Assembly (NCBI GenBank): GCA_013265495.1
Contig: MU058000.1
Coordinates: forward strand, 1,922,001 to 1,986,000
Origin: Vicugna vicugna
Taxonomy: Eukaryota
Direction of reading: 5' to 3'
DNA: 64,000 nucleotides
In this document: in pieces, positions 41,920 through 55,229 of the stretch
Position numbering within the stretch: the first letter of the stretch is position 1
Layout: each line of letters begins with the position of its first letter
Translations under genes and position numbers: made by a program
The notes under the pieces: generated by a model
Told to the model about the DNA's origin: nothing
Database searches by the model: none
The model's input: the letters and a program-made list of their open reading frames with translations, nothing else

Positions 41920-42179
41920 CAGTAGAAAAGTAATGCACCAAAAGGGCTGTATGTATATTGCTGAACTCTTTCTGACCTATACTCTCTAACTTCTAATCTC
42001 CCCGCCACCGGACACCTATGTTATCATTTCAGCTAATGGCATGTTTTGTTACTACCCTCAGGCATCTATATGGTAAACAAGCCAATAGACCACCACTCAC
42101 TGCAATTCTCATGAGTGGTTTCTATCTATGAATTTCCCACAAAATCTTCTAGCATCTTTAATGCATTGGTAAAAGCATT

Positions 42180-42692
42180 TATAGTAGGATGGCCATCAGA
42201 TGAATCATTCTTCCCAGTATTTCTGCCCTCCTGTGCTTTCTCCTTCTTGAATCTGGGTTGTCCCTTGAATTCTGAATTAAGAAAATAGATTGTTGCGATG
42301 TTTGAGGATTTCCAAGGCCAAGTCAGAAGAAGGCTTGACGTTTACAGCTGGATCCCTTTGAATTGTTCTTCTTGAGGTTATCGCTCTTGGAAACCAGCCT
42401 CTCTGCTGTGAGCAGTCAAGGCCACATGCAGGGGCCAAGTGCAAGTGCTCTGGTTAATATTTCTAGCTGAACACCCAGCTAACAGCCAGTCTTCCACCAA
42501 CCATGTGACTGAGCCATCCTGGACATCCAGCTCAGCCAAGCATCTGACTGTAACCATGTAAGAAATCCCACATGAAAACTGCCTGACTGAGCCAGGTCTA
42601 GCCACATATCTGTGAGAGATTAAAAATCAATTGTTTATTAAGACAGTAAGTAAAGTATCAAGGTAGTTTGTACCAAACAAATAAACACAACA
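42180..42692 (+). mobile_element. MaLR LTR (MLT1H-like)
   Basis: 'cttggaaaccagcc', 'ccatgtgactgagccatcctggacatccagc', 'catctgactgtaaccatgtaagaaatccc', 'aactgcctgactgagcc'. Confidence 0.8.
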
Positions 42693-43977
42693 TCATGTAA
42701 GAAAGATAACAGTTTTAATATTTATACTATTTTAATTATCCAAAAATCTAACAAAGCAATAAACAAATAAACATGCATTTCGCTACTAACACTGAAAGTC
42801 AATTATTTTGCCTTAAAACGTTTATTCAGATAATTCAGAAAATTGTTTCAGTTCTTTCTACCAGCTCCTTTGCCAAAGAGACGATGAAATCAACAATCTC
42901 TAATAAAGGCAAAGCAAGTACAAGAAATTAAATAAATTAATAAATATTGAGAGAAGTATACTCCATGAGTTGTTATTGAATAAATTAACTATATCTATAT
43001 GTAACAATGTCAGAATTGGGCAAGTAAGTAACAGTAATTTAAATTGACCATTAACCATTATTTATATCAAATAGTGTGTTTGTTTGTGTCCCTTTAGCAT
43101 ATTTGAGCTACTTCCCACTAAACTTAGTTGAAAGAGTACAGTTAAATGTTATTTAAATGATGTGCCTGAGTGCTCATCCTCACTACAGCTCAGTGGTATC
43201 TCGTCACAGCCCTTATGATGCTACTGTTTAAAATTTGCATGTGTGTGCACGTGCATACACACACATCCATGCCATCTACAGTTTCTGTTCTGTTTTATTA
43301 CGTTTACGGCACTTACCATTTTCTAGAATTATTTTATTTATTTCCTTGCTTATTGTTGTCCCCAACACATTGGAATGTAAGTTCCATGAGAGGTGGGGTT
43401 TGGTGTCTCTTATTATCCCTAAGATAAATATCCCACTATCTTCCCTAAGGCTTGAATGCTGCTAGGACAGTCGAGGCCCTCAAAAATACTTGTTAGTACA
43501 GTAGTGAATGTCAGTACAGTAAGAAATGCTTTATGTTTGGGCCTCTATATTGCAAGCAGGAAAAAACAAAACAAAACTCTCTTACACTAAATAAATGTTT
43601 TTTCCCTCTTGCTCTGCTAATTTATTAAATCTATTTCTTTAAAATATTACTCTCTTCAGTATTTTTCCTAAAAGTTTAGTTATTTGATGGAAAAAATGCC
43701 TAGAGAAATATAGGATCTGGGTCCTGGTTGGAGGTTTCTGACATATGTTGGGCCTATGGTCAAATCAAGTGGTAGCAGTTTGCTACATTTTAGTATTTTC
43801 ATCATTGTAATATGTAAAGTTATACCTGGCATTGTCCCCAGTGTTGTTCTGAACATCTAATAAAAGAGTTTATATGGGTACTTTGAAAAGTTAAAAATAT
43901 GATAGAAAAGTAAGGTAAAATTATTGCTAACTTTTTAATATTATCCTTAAGTCAAACTTGAAATATGTCTTTATTAT

Positions 43978-44593
43978 CTTTTCAATGTTTGAGGTAATTG
44001 CAGCTGGTTTTATATACATATATATACATATACTTGTGTTCGTAGCTGTATGTTTTTCAAAAAGAAATAGCTCCATTTTCCAATGCACTAGCATTTGACA
44101 TGACAGAACTTAAATCCATGCACATGCGAGCATGCACACAAATGAATATACATTTCTACATATATATATATCATTATATATTCATAACAACATGTGAGAA
44201 AATCCAACTGACAGACTCTTAAAATATTTAAAGTTATGTATTTTTTATTTATGTTTTCAAGTCTTACTAGGTGCTTACTATGCAACCTTTTCAATGTTTG
44301 AGGTAATTGCAGTTGGTTTTATATACATATATATACATATACTTGTGTTCATAGCTGTATGTTTTTCAAAAAGAAATAGCTCCATTTTCCAATGCACTAG
44401 CATTTGACATGACAGAACTTAAATCCATGCACATGCGAGCATGCACACAAATGAATATACATTTCTACATATATATATATCATTATATATTCATAACAAC
44501 ATGTGAGAAAATCCAACTGACAGACTCTTAAAATATTTAAAGTTATGTATTTTTTATTTATGTTTTCAAGTCTTACTAGGTGCTTACTATGCA
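43978..44593 (+). repeat. Tandem duplication, period 309 bp
   Basis: 43978-44284 repeats at 44287-44593, with two substitutions seen (44004C/44313T, 44042G/44351A). The duplicated - strand ORFs 44088 and 44397 share identical peptide. Confidence 0.97.
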
Positions 44594-47190
44594 CTGTTCT
44601 AGTTGTATGATATAACTTCCACCAACAAAACAGAAACTTACACTTTTCCTTAAGAATATATATTCTGGTTTGATTTAAAAGTCTATGCAGGTAATGAATT
44701 ATGCACACTATTTTCATTTTTATCAGCAAATAACTTAGATGCTGTTAAAAGTCTCTTCCTAGAAATGTCATATTCAGCCATCTATGTATTCATTTAACAG
44801 ATTTTATTATTGTGCTACATTTTGGAAAACATACGTGACTAAGACACTGTCTGGAATTGTAAGATTCTCACAGTCGACAGGAGGTGGGTGGGGTGGAGCA
44901 GAGACAAGAACACAGGTGTTGTAATGAGTTGATATTTGTCTTCATAGACTATTCCAAGTAGCTTTGGAACAAACAATTGTGCTAACCAACAGAAAGATGA
45001 CCTGTTCCTGCTGATAGATTGCTAGTATATGATTAGTATTCCTCTTATTACTTACATTTGCATAGTTAGAAACTTGTCTGAATGGTAAGACAAGGTAGCC
45101 AGCTTGTGGGGAGTCCTATCATTCCCACTGTCCTGACAAAATATAATTCAGATGGAGGTAGCCCTGACCAGAGTACCTTGCCAGCACATGCATAACTCTT
45201 TCTGCAAATGTTTTCTTTAATATATAGCCACTTTGACTTTTTTAAAAAGCTCCAGTTAAAAGTGTAAAGTGTTGTCCTCATGATCAACCTTAATATCTTG
45301 TGAGATTGTCATATTCACACAGTAGAATCAGTTAAAACGTTGTAAGTTTTGGGCTCTAAAAAAGTTTATTAATAGCTTCAGAGAGAATGAGGCATGAAGA
45401 AATTTTCACGTGGTGACTGTAGTAAAATGAAAATCCATTAAAATCAGGTACTTCTATGGACACTGAACAGAGCATCAGCTGAAATCTTGGGTAGCGGAAG
45501 GGTGTAGAGGACAAATGTCTAAAAGGAAGGCTAGAACAGTGCAGAAAGATGTGGAAAGTAACTAACAGTTGCTCTATACATGTCTGTTTCCCTTTGCTCT
45601 ACTTTATAGTTTTGATTGAAGTCAGCAACAAGCAAGATCAACATCTTTTATATACTTGCACTAGGAAGGGTTCATGAAAATCAATGAAGAAATCCTTGAA
45701 AAATGAATATTGCTTCATAATACTAGTAATATGGTGTAAGTCAGGACTACAGTGTCCTTGGAGTCAACATTATATACTCAGGTTCATCTTATCTTGCTGC
45801 GTTCTACATATTCATAGTCCTTTTGGTACATACTTACCACTGACAGCTCAACTCATTATAGCAATCCAAGGCAGACAGAAAACATAGTGCAAACATATAT
45901 CTCAGGCCCTGCACTGTCAGTGAAGGACAAAGTAATAACATAGGGAAATTTCTTCTTGCTCAAGTTGGGTAATATTCAGTCCAATGTGTCCAATTCTGTT
46001 TTAAGTTACACATCAGGATATTAGCATTCTGAAATTTGGAATCCAAAATTAAAATAATCTTATATAACACCTAAGAATGAATAGAAAGAAAAGGTCAAAT
46101 GGAAGGATATAAAAGGCAAAAAGAATTATTAGTTTAAAAAGGAATCTAAAGTAATTAGTGTGGCAAAATACAAAAAATAGGAGGCTGTCACTAAGATATA
46201 ACTAATAATAATAGCTAATGGAATTTGATAATAAGTTCAATTAATATATTCTTTATGGCTCACAATTAGCATATTAGCAGTTAGCTCACAAGGGGCAATA
46301 GACTCACACCAAAGTATTGTCAAACACTCAAATTGAAAATAGTATTTCTTGAGGGGAAAATGAACACACTAATAAGCAGAGAAGCAGCAGAATAGACATG
46401 GAATCCAAGCTTCCAGTGTAACATGGAAAGATATGCTTACGCTTGGCAAAGCCAGACCACAAGTGCCATGGCCAGGATTCCTGTAGAAACCACATCTGTA
46501 TTTTTAAGGATGCAAGCAAGAAATGGGTGTGACTCTGAAATAGTGGAAATTAACTAATCAAGGTTGTGGAGGACGTGGCCTTGTTAGAAAGGGAGGTGTT
46601 TGAAGCTCATTGAACTAACTGACCTCATTATTTCTACTGATGAAACTGAGATGAGACTTCAGATTGTGATTTGTCAATCCTCAGTACGTTTTATAAGCAC
46701 TTTTACAGATGACAGTATAGATACTCTGAGGTTAAGTGACTTACCCAAAATAATATAGGTATTTAATGACAGAATTGAAGTACTAATAGAAGATGGGCCT
46801 ATAATTTTGCTTTATTCATTTTTTTTTCATCTAATGAATTGGGAAGCTTTCTTTGGTATCTTCTGAAATCCTTTGAGTAAGATATGAATTTTCAGTTTCT
46901 TACGAGTTTTGTAAAATTCATGTAAGGAAACAATTGGGAGTTTTTTGTTTTTTTCTTTTTTTTCAGTTTGGTGGACTAACAATTCAGTTTATTTGTTATT
47001 GCTTAGTTTAGGTTTTCTATTTCTTCATGAATTAATTTTCATAAGTCATTTTTTTCTAGAGAAATTTCCATTTTAATTATGTTTTCATTGGTATTATTTA
47101 AGAGTTGTTTTTATAATTTAAAAAAACTCTTCTGATCTGTATCTGTGTGCATTTTTCTTTCCTTATATGGTTTGTTTTAATCTTACTTTT

Positions 47191-47347
47191 TTTTCTTTTT
47201 AAAATTTCTTTTGTTTATTTTGTGGGGAAGGTAATTAGGTTTTTATTCGTTTATTTATTTTAATGAAGATACTGAGGATTGAACCCAGGACCTTGTGCAT
47301 GCTAAGCATGTGCTCTACCACTGAACTATAACTATACCCTCCCTCAG
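47191..47347 (-). mobile_element. Vic-1-like camelid tRNA-derived SINE
   Basis: 'gattgaacccaggaccttgtgcatgctaagcatgtgctctaccactgaactata' (reverse A/B boxes), T-rich tail, TSD-like taatcttactttt / taatctaactttt. Confidence 0.85.
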
Positions 47348-47437
47348 TAATCTAACTTTTTCTTGATAAACCTTCAAACAAATTTGTATCTATTTTATAT
47401 ATCTTCCAGTTTTGTCCTCATTATGATTTCTTTATAT

Positions 47438-47665
47438 CTTTTTAAAAACATTTTTTATTGAGTTATAATCATTTTACAATGCTGTGTCAAATTCCAGTGT
47501 AGAGCACAATTTTTCAGTCGTACATGAACATATATATTCATTGTCACATTTTCTTCTCTGTGAGCTACCATAAGGTCTTGTATATATTTCCCTGTGCTAT
47601 ACAGTATAATCCCGTCCATCTATTCTACATTTTGAAATCCCAGTCTGTCCCTTCCCAGACCCCCG
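47438..47665 (-). mobile_element. Young camelid-type L1 3' end
   Basis: 'ttttttattgagttataatcattttacaatgctgtgtcaaattccagtgtagagcacaat...ttccctgtgctatacagtataatc'. Confidence 0.8.
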
Positions 47666-47669
47666 TAAT

Positions 47670-48520
47670 TTCTTTAAATCTTAAACATACTTATAATTGC
47701 AGTTTATAACTGTTTTAAAGTTCTTTCCTGCTCAGTCCATCATCTTTGCTGTTTCTGGGTGTATTTCTATTGGCCAGTTTTTCTACTAAGTTTGAGTTAT
47801 ATTTGCTGCTGCTTCACATGCCCAGTAATTTTTTAGTGGGTTTCTGTCGTAACAAATGATTCATGCTTGAGTGTATGGGATTTGTTATCTTCCTTTAAAA
47901 AGTGTTGGAGTTTCGTTTGGCATGGTTGATCCTTTCGAGACTTGATTTTAAGTTTCTTTGGGGGCAAAATTAAAATGCTAAGACCAGTCTAATTTTTCTG
48001 TCTAAGTTGATTCTTATGTAGTTTCTACTGATTGTCCCGAACGTTGAATGAGATTTCTACAGTCTAACTGCTTGGAATCTGGATGTGACATCTGGAAGTT
48101 ACTCACTTGCGGCTCCCTGCATTTGTCATTTGCCTAGCTTCATAGAGTTTCTACTTTACATTCACATATTGGCATGAAGTCAAAAACTCAAGGGGATCCA
48201 ATAAAGATTTCAGGAGTTAAGTCTCTGCCCTGCAAATTCCCTCTGCCTTAGCCTCCTTGAATCCTGTTAAATATGCCTCTTCAAATCAGTAACCCATAAT
48301 TTTTCTGCTTGCCTTCCTCATTTCTAAAGCTTGGTCCAGAAATTGCCTCCAGACAGAGAGCCAAAGCAATTGTAAAGCTCACTTTGTTTCTGTTCTCTTG
48401 AGGGTCATAGTTCTGTTCTGCCTATTGTCCCAATGTTTCTTGTACTTTGACCACTTTTCTAGTCTACAGAGGTAAGGAAAGTTCTCTTTTAGTTATTCCT
48501 TCATGAGGGAGAGTAGCCCT
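47670..48520 (-). mobile_element. Old L1 (L1ME/L1M5-like) fragments
   Basis: 'tataactgttttaaagttctttcctgc...catctttgctgtttctgggttgtatttctattggc' resembles antisense old L1 sequence. Confidence 0.5.
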
Positions 48521-49834
48521 GCTTCTCACTAGTTTGATAGGTCTTGTGCATTTTTGTGGTTTAATCTTTAATGTCATGTAATTTTCAGTATGTTTTAATG
48601 TATAACTATTCAGAAGTGGGATTTTCTTAGTTTTCAACAATATATTTGTTTTTTGAAAGTTTATCCTTGTTATTGCATAGTAAATGGCTTTCTTATTGGC
48701 ATTTGGTCCTAGTCCTTTTGAGATAGCATTCAAAATATGGATGAAATAATGTATTTTACTTAACTAGGTTTAAAGGTTCTATATATATTAATTATATACA
48801 TTACTATGAAATAATTTAACCTGCAAAGATTTGGGTTGTTTATTCTATCAATTTCAGATTGAGGAATATAATAATCTTCCAATATGATTATTTGATATGT
48901 TTATTTCTCCTCTATATAAATTTTGCTCTGTAGTAAGGTACATTTAAGTTCAGAATTTTTATATCTTTCTGCTGTATTAATTGCCTTCAGGCAATTAATT
49001 TTTCCCTTTATTTTTATATTACTCCAGGTGTCTCTTTATTTTCACCCTAAATTAAAAAAAATGGAATTAAAGAGAGGCTAATACAGTTTCTCTTCCCTAT
49101 TGTTTTTACATAGAAAGTCTTCATACTATTTAAAAGATGTTCATTTACTTCCTGAAAGAACTTACAACAATAACATTAACACATCACTATTCAGACTTAC
49201 AGCCTTCCACTATTTACATAACAGGTGACAGCAGGTGAGCAACACAATTTCAAGATCTCCCACTCAGAAATTAGTCAGTTAAATTCTCTACTGAGAAAAT
49301 GTGTATAACTTGGCTTCACTATTATTTTAGTTATATATTTGCCTCTTTTCCCCCTGCAATTTCCAGTGCTAATATTAAGAGAGTTCAAAGAAAAAGTAAA
49401 GGAATATATGAACTGAAGGGAATACTGTGGGATTTTTGCAAACTGATTGCTACCTAATTTTACCTGTTATTTTTATTATCATAGCACCATAGGCAAAATT
49501 CAGTGGGAAAGCTGGAATAACAAAAGCTGAAGATAATAACTTAAAATTCTGCTTAAGATCATAGAGTAATAATAGCATTTCAGTATTTTATTTATATGTT
49601 CAACCAAAATTTGCAATTAATTCGTATTTAGAGATTTTACTAAAAATAACATTCCCATTCTAGGAAGATGATTTTATATTTTACTCCTGCTCTCAGATGT
49701 AGTTTTAAATAGAAAAAACAGTGGAAAAGCAAGTAAGACAGCCTTGTGGTATAACGGGTCAGGAGGAATAAAATTTTACCTGGGAGTATGCCATTAAAAC
49801 AAAACAACTTTCAATATCTTATAGTAACTTTTGG

Positions 49835-49960
49835 TTAAAAAGAATATGAAAACCAATATGTATGTTCCTATATGACTGAAGTATTGTGCTGTACACTAGA
49901 AAATTGACACAACATTGTAAGCTAACTATACTTCAATAAAAATATATTTAAAACAAAAAT
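49835..49960 (+). mobile_element. Camelid-type L1 extreme 3' end
   Basis: 'atatgactgaagtattgtgctgtacactagaaaattgacacaacattgtaagctaactatacttcaataaaa'. Confidence 0.8.
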
Positions 49961-50010
49961 CTTACCACAGTGTTCGAAGCACAAAGTAAAAGCATAAAGT
50001 CACGTTTAGT

Positions 50011-50740
50011 CATTTATTCATTCATTTAATGCAAAATATGCCTGCCCTCATGGAGCTTACATTCCAGTGGGAGTCAATACAAATAAAAATACAAGAGGGA
50101 AATAATATATGTTATATAGGGAGACATGGTATTAAAAATAAGATAGTTGCAAAGAAACACCAAATGGAGTTGAAATTTCATTTTAGTTGTCCAGAGAAGC
50201 CTCACTGAGATGTTTTAGGAATCATCTGAAAAAAGTGCTTAAATGAGCCTTCTAAATATTTGAGGGATGAACGTTTAGAAGAGCAGGTGAAAAAGCTCTG
50301 AGACAGGAAGACACCCGCTGCACTCACAAAACAGCTTGGAGACCGGCGAGGCATTGTGTCAGAAAGCAATTGGGGCAAAGGAAGGGACAAATGATACAGA
50401 GCACTGTAGATTTTAATAGGAAATTTGAGTTTTCCTGTAGGTGATATAGGAACCATTGGAGGGACTTGACCAGAGAACTGACATAATCTGACTCCTTTTT
50501 AAAGGGATGTTTGGATGTTGCGTGAAGTATAGACTGTGAGGGAAAAGGTGGAAGCTGGAAAACGGGTCAAGAGTCTGTTGCAAAAATCCATAAGGTGGAC
50601 CCTTGGACTCTGGTGACAGTAGTAGAGAGGGTATGAAGAAATCAGATGATTTTGAAGAGTGTGTTGGCTGCATTTGCTGATACGTTGGAAGTAGTATGTG
50701 AGAGTCATAAAAGAATGAAGATTTTGAGCTGAGCAGTTAG
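50011..50740 (-). mobile_element. L2 LINE
   Basis: 'tttattcattcattta', 'cctgccctcatggagcttacattccagtggg', 'ggaaccattggagggactt', 'catttgctgatacgttgga'. Confidence 0.8.
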
Positions 50741-50825
50741 AAATTATTTCTCTAAAAAGCTTAACCTAGATATATAATAATTCAAATAATTCAAGCCAAA
50801 AATTAATGTGTGGAGTTGGAATTAC

Positions 50826-50931
50826 AGTAGTTATTGCCAAACCTAGCTGGACAACTGAGTCACTGGGGACTATAAAAAATACAGATTCTTGGCTCTGTTT
50901 CTAGAGGATCAGATTCATTATGTCTGAGGTA

Positions 50932-50932
<1 letters not shown>
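50826..50932. mobile_element. MER5A-like hAT MITE fragment
   Basis: 'gagtcactggggactataaaaaatacagattcttggctc...cagattcattatgtctgagg'. Confidence 0.6.
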
Positions 50933-50934
<2 letters not shown>

Positions 50935-50968
<34 letters not shown>

Positions 50969-50998
50969 AAATATATATATATATACACATACATATAT
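50935..50998. repeat. (TA)n microsatellite
   Basis: Direct reading. Confidence 0.9.
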
Positions 50999-51089
50999 TT
51001 AATAAAGCAACTAAGTTGACAAAAGAATAAAAGTAATATAAATGGTGTCTTATTTTGCATACCCAGATATAGAGGTATTCACTAAATTG

Positions 51090-51285
51090 GTGATGGGCAA
51101 ACGTCTGGTTAAGGCCAGCTATGTAGTTTGTCAAATAAAGATTTTTGGGGAACACACCCATACTTGTCTTTGTATTGTCTATGACTGCTTTCATGCTACA
51201 GTAGCAGTTTTAAGTGAAACCATATGGCTTACACGCCTAAGATTTTTATCTGCTCCTTTTAAAAAAGCTTACTGACCTCTATCCT
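51090..51285. mobile_element. MER58A-like hAT MITE
   Basis: 'aaataaagatttttggggaacacaccca...tgtattgtctatgactgctttcatgctacagtagcag'. Confidence 0.75.
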
Positions 51286-54200
51286 AAAAAATGGTAAAAG
51301 AGCTGGTGCATTTACATGGTAAAGAAAATGATTTGATGGATTAGATTGAATTTTCATAACTAGAGAAGAAAATCTGAAGCTGGATAGTAGATTTTACTGT
51401 CTGATTTAGTTCAATTAAATGCAGTTCTATAAATAGCCATTGATCACTTACTTTGAGCTTGTGTTCTGTTTGTTGGTCTAATCTCATAGACAACGTGATT
51501 ACCATCAAGACCTCCATGGATGTACGGCCATTTAGATTGTGCACTGAACAACTCTGGGGGCTATTTACATGGTAGATTATGATGTAATTCATATTCCTTT
51601 GTTTTGTGTAATGTGGTGCCTCTGATTGTCGCCTATTCCTCAAGTATTCCTCCCTTAATTCAGTGTCGCAGCCTCCACATTTGAAAGATAAACTTGAATT
51701 TCTGGATAATCTCTAAATGAAAACTTCTTTACCACTAATCAGGAACTTTGATGAAATATCATCCTCTGGGTCTATGATGTGTGAGAAACTTCTATCAGGA
51801 TCTTTTCTCAGGACTTCCAGAATGAGCTTGCATTAAAATGACTTTTGTGACCTAGAAAATTCCAGACTGTAGTGTTTTGCTTGGTCTACTTTTACATAAT
51901 GGGAAAATAAACACTTTGGCAGGAAATATATCAGAAAATAGTCATTTTTCCTCAACATAATCTGACCACTTCAAGTGGTTCACCAAAACATTTTGTCTTA
52001 CAGAAGAAAATTGCAAAAAGAAATAATAAAAAAACTAATGAATAATCTGTGTCTCTCAAAATTATTTATGTAATGCTTGTAAATAAAACATTTTAGATGC
52101 AAACAATTCATATTCGGTTGTTGGCCAGCCAGTATCCATGCTAGATGAGTTAAGGAGAGTAGGTTTAAAGAGATAACTTGATTGAGAGTGGGCTGTACCA
52201 AAGGCTCCTTGGTTCTGTGAGCTATGCAAACAAATAATGTGTCAAGGTCTAAAATCTTACTCATATCATGAAACCAGTTAATGCAAAGGAAAACAATTTT
52301 TTTTTAGCACAAACTCACAAACTCTGAAGAGTTTATTTACTTTCCCATTGTTTAGGCACGCACACCTGAAATACACAATATTTATAAGCACCCTACCCTT
52401 TGGATGAATGGATTTTTCATCAAAAGAATGTAAAAAGGGAAGCTAACAGCTCACCTGGAAATGCTGATTACCTTCCCGCCACTCAGGACCCCTAGACCCA
52501 CAGAATGTGCCTCAGTCAAGGTTCCTGCAGGGAAAGGATTCAGGCTCAGATGGTATGAAAGACTTTTTCTGAAGGTCTCAACAAGAAAGAGGGAGGCAAG
52601 GCTCTTAAAGACTAGCAGTAGCAGAAAGCAGTGACCCCTCCTGGGCTGAAGGCCAAGAGGAAGAAATGGAAGTATCAGAGGGGTTGCCTTCAGAAGCTAC
52701 ACCCTGGAGGACACAGCAACTGCCATCAACTCGATGCCGAGTCACAAGGGACCCAGGGAAAGCATATTGGACCTCTCTCACTCTTTATCCCCTGAAAACT
52801 TCGTAGTGCCTCACATTTGGCAAAGCCAACCAGAGATCAGATTAAGGGACCCCTAGGAGGGTGAAGTCCAGGGCAGAAAGTGAGGAGATCAGTGGAGAAG
52901 GGATTGAGAGTGATGAGTGTGTGAAATAAATGTAGAATAATCAGCACATCACAGGGAAAAACTACTGGGGCCACACTTCTTCAGTTGAGTGTTTTCTTCT
53001 GTGTAACTTTTTATTTTGCATTTTTTCCTGTTTTTTTTTTTTGTTGTTGTTGTTCTAATATGTATCCTGTAAAATTTTGAAGGAAAGTTAATGTAGTAAC
53101 ACTAGAAATTCATTTAGTTTCTTATAGGGCATGCACATTTAAAAGATATCAACAAATGTGACATAACATTTACAAATCACTATACTCTACCTACAGAACA
53201 TCAGGAAGCCTGCAAAATGAAATGAAAAGTGCCTTGAGTCGAGCCTAATAAATCTTAAACTAGGAGACAGTTGAAATAGGAAGACCGGCTGAGCACTGAT
53301 GTGGGAGAGAGTCTAATCCACTGGATAAATTGTCCCACGAAGAACTCATCCTTGTGAAAATATATTATCCTTAGGACAATACCGAGGCCATCGTCCAAGG
53401 CAGTTATCGGCTGTGCAAATGCCAGTAACAAAAGTGAAATACACCAGGAGACTGAAGGTGGAGAAAGAAATAGGTGATCAAATACAAAATACAGAGAGAA
53501 GGAAACGCCCGCATCCATCCTGCCAGTTATGATAGTCCTGTGATCTGCCTTAGCCGGCCGGCATCACCACACACTGTGTTCAGATATACTTAACACAGAA
53601 CTTCAGAGAATTTCATCTATGTAAGTTAATACTGTATCTCGGGATAAATCAACTCAGGGGTCATAAGAGGTCTTAAAAGAAATGACAGTGGCAAAAAAAA
53701 TACTGATAAAAATCAGAGGACAGAGTTTATCATAGTCTTGGAGAGGAAATCTTCTTGCCCTTTGCTTCATTTGGTGAATGGCTTTAAAAAATTACTTTAT
53801 TAAAACACTTTATAAAATCTTGATTTACTTGAGTTGCTCCCATTTATATATAGTGAAATATAAGCCAATTTAATATTCTGGGTGACTCAAGCAAAAGAAA
53901 CCTAAAGAAAACAATTTTGCTTTTGGTGAGAAAGGGTTGCTTCAGACAGAATCAAGAGACCTATAATTATTGACTCATCTAAATAATCTTCCTTTCATCA
54001 ACACAGATAACAGTTTTAGAACATGTACTTTGGCAAAACAAGGGGATGAATAATCTCATATTAAGTTGAAAATGGGGGTAACTCTGGATATCTTCAGTGA
54101 AAATATCCACAAAGCAAGTAGTTGGGGCTGTTTAACTGGATGTTGTATTTGTATTTGTAAAAACTTGTAAACTGGTCCCCAATATCTGATGAACATGTTT

Positions 54201-54919
54201 CATTTGAAGACAGTGAAAGCAGACTTTTCCACCTTGAGAGATTGCTCAGTTTCCTGTCTTGGAGACACTGTCAGTGATGTGGCTTTTTAAATTCTGTAAT
54301 AGTCTCAATTTTACATTCATTAGCCTCTGTATTCTAAATCATCCTTGTCATCTTTCACGGCATTTTTGTACAATAGAATAAGATGGTGGTAAAAATGGCA
54401 CTATTTAACCCTGGGTCTGATCCCAATTCTGTCACTCTATGACATATCTATGTCTTGTCTATGACATCTTGTTTCACCAGTTTGTGCTTCATTTTATTTA
54501 TTTGTATTTGATTTATTTGTATTTCATTGCTAGTAAGGTTCTGTGGTAATACTCTAGTAAAAATCAAAGGATATTTTTATATAGACTGAATAATTGGTAT
54601 TAAGAATAGTCAAAATTTTAAAAAATCTTTGGTTAATATTTACTTTTTAAGATAATACTAATTTTAATTTTTTTAACTAAATAACATACTCAAAAATTTT
54701 TTTAAAGTAATAAATGTTCCTTAAAGGTGATCGGTAAAGTATAAAAATATGGGGAGAAAATGAAACTTCCTCACATCTATGAATACATAGTCTGGTAGAT
54801 TTAGTTTCTTTCTAGACACACACATTCTCTTACACAGAGGAGATACATATATTAATAGAATAAAATGACGTTATTTTGGATAACACTGTCACGTGCATTT
54901 TCCAACAGTAAGACTTTTT

Positions 54920-55145
54920 AAAGCATGTAGACACAGAGAACAGAGTAGCGGTTAGGTACCAGAGGGGAAGGAGTGGAGGGGAAGGTGAAATGGGTAAAGG
55001 GGATCAACTGTATGGTGATGGATGGAAACAAAATTTTCAATGATGAGCATGCTGTAGGGTATACAGAAGTAGAAATATAATGGTGTACAGATGAAACATA
55101 TATTATAAACCAATGTTGCCTTAACAAAAAATAAATTTAAAAAAT
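54920..55145 (+). mobile_element. L1 3'UTR end
   Basis: 'gacacagagaacagagtagcggtt...gtgaaatgggtaaaggggatcaactgtatggtgatggatggaaac', A-rich tail. Confidence 0.8.
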
Positions 55146-55229
55146 CTGTCATGTTCAATGGTACACTTGTACAGTTTACTGTATATCAATTCCCCCCAAT
55201 AAAACTGTTCAAAAATTCATAACAGAGTA

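Noticed and set aside
44088..44729. Duplicated ORF pair as a tandem gene
   Set aside because: A by-product of the 309-bp duplication of AT-rich low-complexity sequence.
47270..47345. tRNA gene
   Set aside because: The tRNA-like boxes sit within a SINE with an AT-rich tail and TSD-like flanks.
53310..53451. Beta-defensin-like reading 'GICTADNCLGRWPRYCPKDNIFSQG*VLRGTIY' after the - strand acceptor
   Set aside because: Fitting the six-cysteine motif needs most cysteines to be mutated, and no signal-peptide exon was identified. Consistent with chance.
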